This document shows, piece after piece, positions 46,866 through 51,365 of a DNA stretch of 51,365 nt. Positions within the stretch are counted from its first letter, which is position 1; each line of letters opens with the position of its first letter. This DNA comes from Coniocarpon cinnabarinum (taxonomy: Eukaryota): assembly GCA_051942205.1 (NCBI GenBank), contig JAVECO010000166.1, positions 1 through 51,365 on the forward strand, read 5' to 3'. Made by a program: the position numbers and the translations under genes. The notes below the pieces were generated by a model. The model was given only the letters and a program-made list of their open reading frames with translations, had not been told where the DNA came from and did no database searches.

Positions 46866-49800
46866 ATGTCAGACGAGCAGGTCCAGGTGCCGGGCGGCCA
46901 CTACAGTGGGAAGAATAAGATTCCCACCATCAACCAGTTCCTCGAGAGACTGGACAGAGACAAGGCTCAGCGTGACCAACAAATTGAGGCCCAGAATAAA
47001 GCAAAGAAATCAGGCCAGAAAGAGTCTTCCGAACAGGACGGCGATGCTGTCCCACACAAAGATGAGCTCCCTGTCACGGGTGCGCAGAAGAAGGTCAAAG
47101 ATCCCACCAGCGGCCGCGAGGTCGTCATTGAAGACGTGGACAAGGAGATGATGAAGAATGTGAAGAACCCCATGGTGCGTCCGAAGCCATTGGCTCACCT
47201 GTCCTACTGCGTCACGCTCTAACACATCCCAGCTGTCGGTTCCTAATGCAAACCTCGGAAAGGATACAGTAAGTCAGGCCCTAGCTTGAACTCCCAGCAC
47301 CCGTTGATTAACCCAATTTGTAGCCTGTGAAGACCGACGCATCACAAATGAACAATGAGTACGCGCGCAATCAAGATGTCACAGCTCCTCCAGATCCGGT
47401 TGAGCCTGGCACAACATCTGATGTTCCTATTCATGGCGAGAAAACCAACATTCTCTTCCACCCTACCCCATCCGTGAGCTACGAGCCATACTTTGCGGCG
47501 ATCGAAAAGAGGGCCGGCATTGTCTGCGCCGCTGTCTTCCTCGCGATTGTAGTTCTGGGAAAGATGTTCGGCGGTCGCTTCGTGGGGTTGGTCCCGCTCG
47601 CGGCGTGCATCACATCTGGCATCTGGCTATGGATGAAAGAGGTCGTGAGGAGCGGTCGTGAAGTCGAATGGGACAGTGAAAAAACAAGAGGAGAGACGGT
47701 GAGTACCCAAAGCTGCTTGTAAGCTATTTGGTCTGACGTGTGTAGGCCACCGCAAATCTTCTTCCGGAGTCCGTCGAGTGGATGAACACCTTTCTCAGCG
47801 TTGCATGGGGCCTGATCAATCCCGAGATGTTTGCGAGTGTTGCGGACACTCTTGAAGACGTGATGCAAGCCTCAGTGCCTGGCATTATTGAGAACGTTCG
47901 TGTGGCTGAGATCAATCAAGGTACCAACCCGTTCCGAGTGTTGAGCTTGCGCGCATTGCCGGACTCGCACATGGAAGACATGAAGCATTCAATCCATGAG
48001 CAGAACAAGCAGACGAAAGACCCACAAGAGGCTGCTGCAGATGAAGAAGGCGGTGACGCTTACAATCTTGAAATCTCTTTTGCCTACCACGCTCAGCCCA
48101 CGGGAAAACGGGTGGATGACAAGGCGCGCAACATGCACATGCAGCTCGTCTTCTATCTTGGTGTCAAGGGTCTTATCGGCATCCCGCTGCCCATCTGGGT
48201 CGAGCTTCAAGAACTCGTTGGCACTGTGCGACTACGACTCATGATGACACCAGAACCACCCTTCTTGAAGACGCTTTCGTTTACGCTCATGGGCGTCCCT
48301 CACGTCTCTGCAGGATGCGTGCCCATGTTGGAGCATGGCGTGAACCTGCTCAACCTACCACTGATATCCAATTTCGTTAACTACGCAATTGGTGCGGCAT
48401 CGAGCATGTACGTCGCCCCAAAATCTATGACAATGGACATGCGCGCCATGCTTCAAGGAGACGATATCCAGAAGGAAGTCCAAGCTTTGGGTGTTATGTG
48501 GATCCGCATTCACCGTGCGGTCGGGCTGAGCAAGCAAGATAAGCGCGGTAGTCCCGGCGGCGGAAGCGATCCTTACATCACACTTACCTTCTCGAAATAC
48601 GGCAAGCCAATGTACTGCACTCGTGTTATCACAGACGACTTGAACCCCATGTGGGAAGAGACGGCGGCGCTACTCGTTTCGCCAGAGTACATCAAAGCTG
48701 ATGAGAACCTGAGCGTGGAGCTGTGGGACTCGGATCGCCACAGTGCGGACGATATTGTCGGCAAAGTCGAGCTGTCGATGCAAAAGATGATCCAACATCC
48801 CGGCAAAATGTATCCACAAGTCTCCAAGCTTGCAGGCATGGACCAGGAGAGCGAGATGCCAGGAGAGCTGCACTGGGAGGTTGGATACTTTGGCAAACCA
48901 GACTTTCGCCCGGCGCTGCGCACGGATGGCAAGAGTCGCGCGCTCGACGACAAGCTCAAGGACAAACCGGAGCTTCAAGATGACACCGGCGTGGCAAACA
49001 CAGCGCAGGATGATGCGGTCATGCACACGCCCCCTGACCCGCTGTGGCCCAGCGGCATCTGCAGCGTCATCATCCACCAGATTGTGAACTTGGAGCTGGA
49101 GAACATCAAGGGGACGCAGGGCGATCGGAAGGGGCGCGAATTCGAGCCGGCGAAACCGTCGGGCGAGACGACGGACGAAGAAGGCTCGCATCTGCCCACC
49201 AGCTACTGCACCATTCTCTTCAACGACACGCTTGTCTACCGCACGCGTGCAAAGGCGGTCAGCAGCTCGCCCATCTTCAACGCAGGCACCGAGCAGTTCA
49301 TCCGCGACTGGCGCTCTGCCATTGTCACTGTTACCGTCCGCGACTCCCGCAACCGTCAACACGACCCCATTCTTGGCGTTGTTCCTCTCAAGCTTTCCGA
49401 CATCCTCGATACGCGCTCCCAAGTCAACCGATGGTATCCTCTCGACGGCGGCATCGGTTTCGGCCGCATCCGCATTTCTCTCCTGTTCCGCTCCGTCGAG
49501 ACTCGTCTCCCACCCGCAATTCTAGGCTGGGACGTCGGCACCTTTGAATTTACCTCTCCCCGCATTCTCGGCCTCAACTACCACCACCATGCTTCGGTCA
49601 AGCTGCGCACCGGTGGCTCGGTCGGCAAGATCTCTATGAAGCTATGCCGTGCCCTCGAGGAAGGCGACGGCTACTTCTGGGACGTCTCCAATGCCGCCAC
49701 CCGTGCACGACTGCCCGTCAAGTACCGCTACCGCTCCCCCGTCATTTTCGAATTCCACGACGACGGCTCTAGGAAGGCCAAAGCACTCGCTGTCCTCTGG

Positions 49801-50673
49801 CTGCAGCACCTCATCGACAATGAAGACACGCCCATTAACCTCCCCATCTGGAAGACCAAGAACACCCCGCGCCTCATCCAGAACTACATTACCGAGGAGA
49901 ACCTCAAGGCCAAGACGACCCCCGGTCTTGATGACATTACCGAAGTCGGCCGTCTGCAGTTCCGCTGCCACTTCAAACCGGGCATGGACGAGTCCCACGG
50001 CGCCTTCGTCATGGACAACAACTCCCGCGAAACGTTCGAAACCTGGGAAGCGTGCTTCGCGGAAGGGGTGCGGACCCGCGGCGTCGACAAAGAAACACCA
50101 GACATGGTGCAGAAGCTGCACGACGAGTCGCTGACGGAAGGTCGCGACGTGCTCAAAGAAGCGGACCCCCGCGAAAAGAAACAGTGGCTCACGAAGCAGG
50201 GCACCGACTGGTCCGGCGCCTTCGGGCACGACCCCAAAGCGTACATGAATTCCCGGGGCCGGAAAGCGAGGGAGCCGGGCGCGGAAGCACCGCTGCATGA
50301 TCCGATTAACCCTGAGCTCGACGACGACGGGACGCAAGACGAAGAGAGTGATGAAGATTTGGGCATTCAGGACGCCACGCAGGGTCATTCTCCCACTTCG
50401 CCTAGAAAATCAACGGCGACGGATCGGACGGGGGCGTCCATGATAACGACGGATACGGGCGCGAGCGAAATGAGCAACGCGGCGAGTCAGAAGGACGTGA
50501 ATCGGCAGAATCGCCGGACTGAGGAACGCAAACAGAGGGGGATGATGCAGTGGCGGCCCGCGCGCAACGCCAAGTTTGCGCTTGACGAGGGGAAGATTGG
50601 GGTCAGGAAGTTGAAGTCGCGCTTCACGGGGAGTTTGGAGGGACGGCAGCCGGATGTGGAGACGGAGGCTTGA
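46866..50673 (+). CDS. Mug190-like tricalbin-related SMP/C2-domain membrane protein; exons 46866-47174, 47233-47268, 47324-47698, 47746-50673
   Basis: YSG.N.IP.I, DP.SGREV.IED, hydrophobic hairpin, PES.EWMN SMP start, C2 motifs SDPYIT, LNP.WEE, LWDSDR..ADD..G, W.PL.GGIGFGRIRISLLFR, RG.MQW.P.RN, C-terminal P.VETE. Confidence 0.88.
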
Positions 50674-50817
50674 TTTCAGTGATTCGAGTTTTTGAAGCGG
50701 AGCGGTCTCTTTGAGACGGTGTTGCAGAGGCGAGAGATCAGGATTGTGGAGAGTCGAAGGATATGTTGGAGTTGAGTGAGGCTTTTGTAGATGGTACATA
50801 GGCGCCGTGCAGAGGGG

Positions 50818-50860
50818 AGAGCAGAGCAGAGCAGAGCAGAGGAGAGAACGAGAGCAGAGC
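50818..50860. repeat. (AGAGC)n microsatellite downstream of the SMP/C2 gene
   Basis: Four perfect copies plus degenerate copies. Confidence 0.8.
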
Positions 50861-51365
50861 TGCACATAGTCCAAGAGAGCGGAGATGAGAGCGGAGAGAG
50901 ATAAATGTGACGAGTAGACGTTGTAATGTTGACGAGTAATAATACCATATCCCGTGAACGTACGTAGACTTTTTGAAGCAAATAGAATGCCTGTCTATGA
51001 GGATCCCTCCCATGCCCATTCCTAACTGTGCCTTTATTCGTACCTTTGCGCGTGCTGATACTCATGATCGCCGGTCTTCATGATCGTCCTCGTATTCGTA
51101 CATTCACTGTCCTCTTCCACGATGCTCGCAGAGTGAAATTTCCTAGCTCTTCCTCTTGAGCTCCTCAAAAAAAGGTCAAGAACACCACCTCTTCTATCAC
51201 TTTCCCTTTCCATCCCCCCACCCTCACCACGCGACTTCCCTCTCTAACCGAAAGGTTCATCTCGCCCCCCTCTGCTCCAAATCTTGCTCAAGCTCCAAGC
51301 ACGGCCAACTCACCAAAAGACCAAACTCTAAAGTCCCCAAAGCCCCTGTCCATACCCCTCATCGC

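Noticed and set aside
48670..50388. Long antisense ORFs inside the SMP/C2 gene
   Set aside because: Shadow frames caused by strong C/G third-position codon bias
1..51365. tRNA, rRNA, snRNA or TPP riboswitch
   Set aside because: No diagnostic motifs recognised by eye; a tRNAscan-SE/Infernal run would be needed to exclude them formally

Overview
Gene-dense genomic DNA from a filamentous ascomycete (Pezizomycotina-type: short GT-AG introns with CTRAC/CTCAC-like branch sites). About 20 protein-coding genes can be reconstructed, many only after splicing: Es2/DGCR14, two Pth11-like rhodopsin-domain membrane proteins, a paraoxonase-like protein, a thiolase, a divergent Tm-1-like (UPF0261) / TIM-barrel pair, Crt10-like WD protein, Ksp1-like kinase, DUF202 protein, RPL22, translin, NTH1, Hcs1 helicase, an SDR, an MGMT fusion, a peroxisomal acyl-CoA dehydrogenase, a PSP1-domain protein and a Mug190-like SMP/C2 protein. 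The most notable signals are: (1) a nested [D1,2] twin intron (stwintron) at 4735-4851, the only canonical splicing route I found that keeps the first Pth11-like gene in frame; (2) a split, head-to-head Tm-1-like two-gene module; (3) an alkyltransferase fused to an uncharacterised DHCF-motif domain, inside a DNA-maintenance neighbourhood; (4) long hairpins in RPL22 introns suggestive of splicing autoregulation; (5) a spliced 122-aa orphan gene; (6) a 13/14-bp minisatellite and a ~220-bp tandem duplication. No rRNA, tRNA, CRISPR array or intact transposon was recognised. All family assignments come from motif recognition by eye, not database searches.
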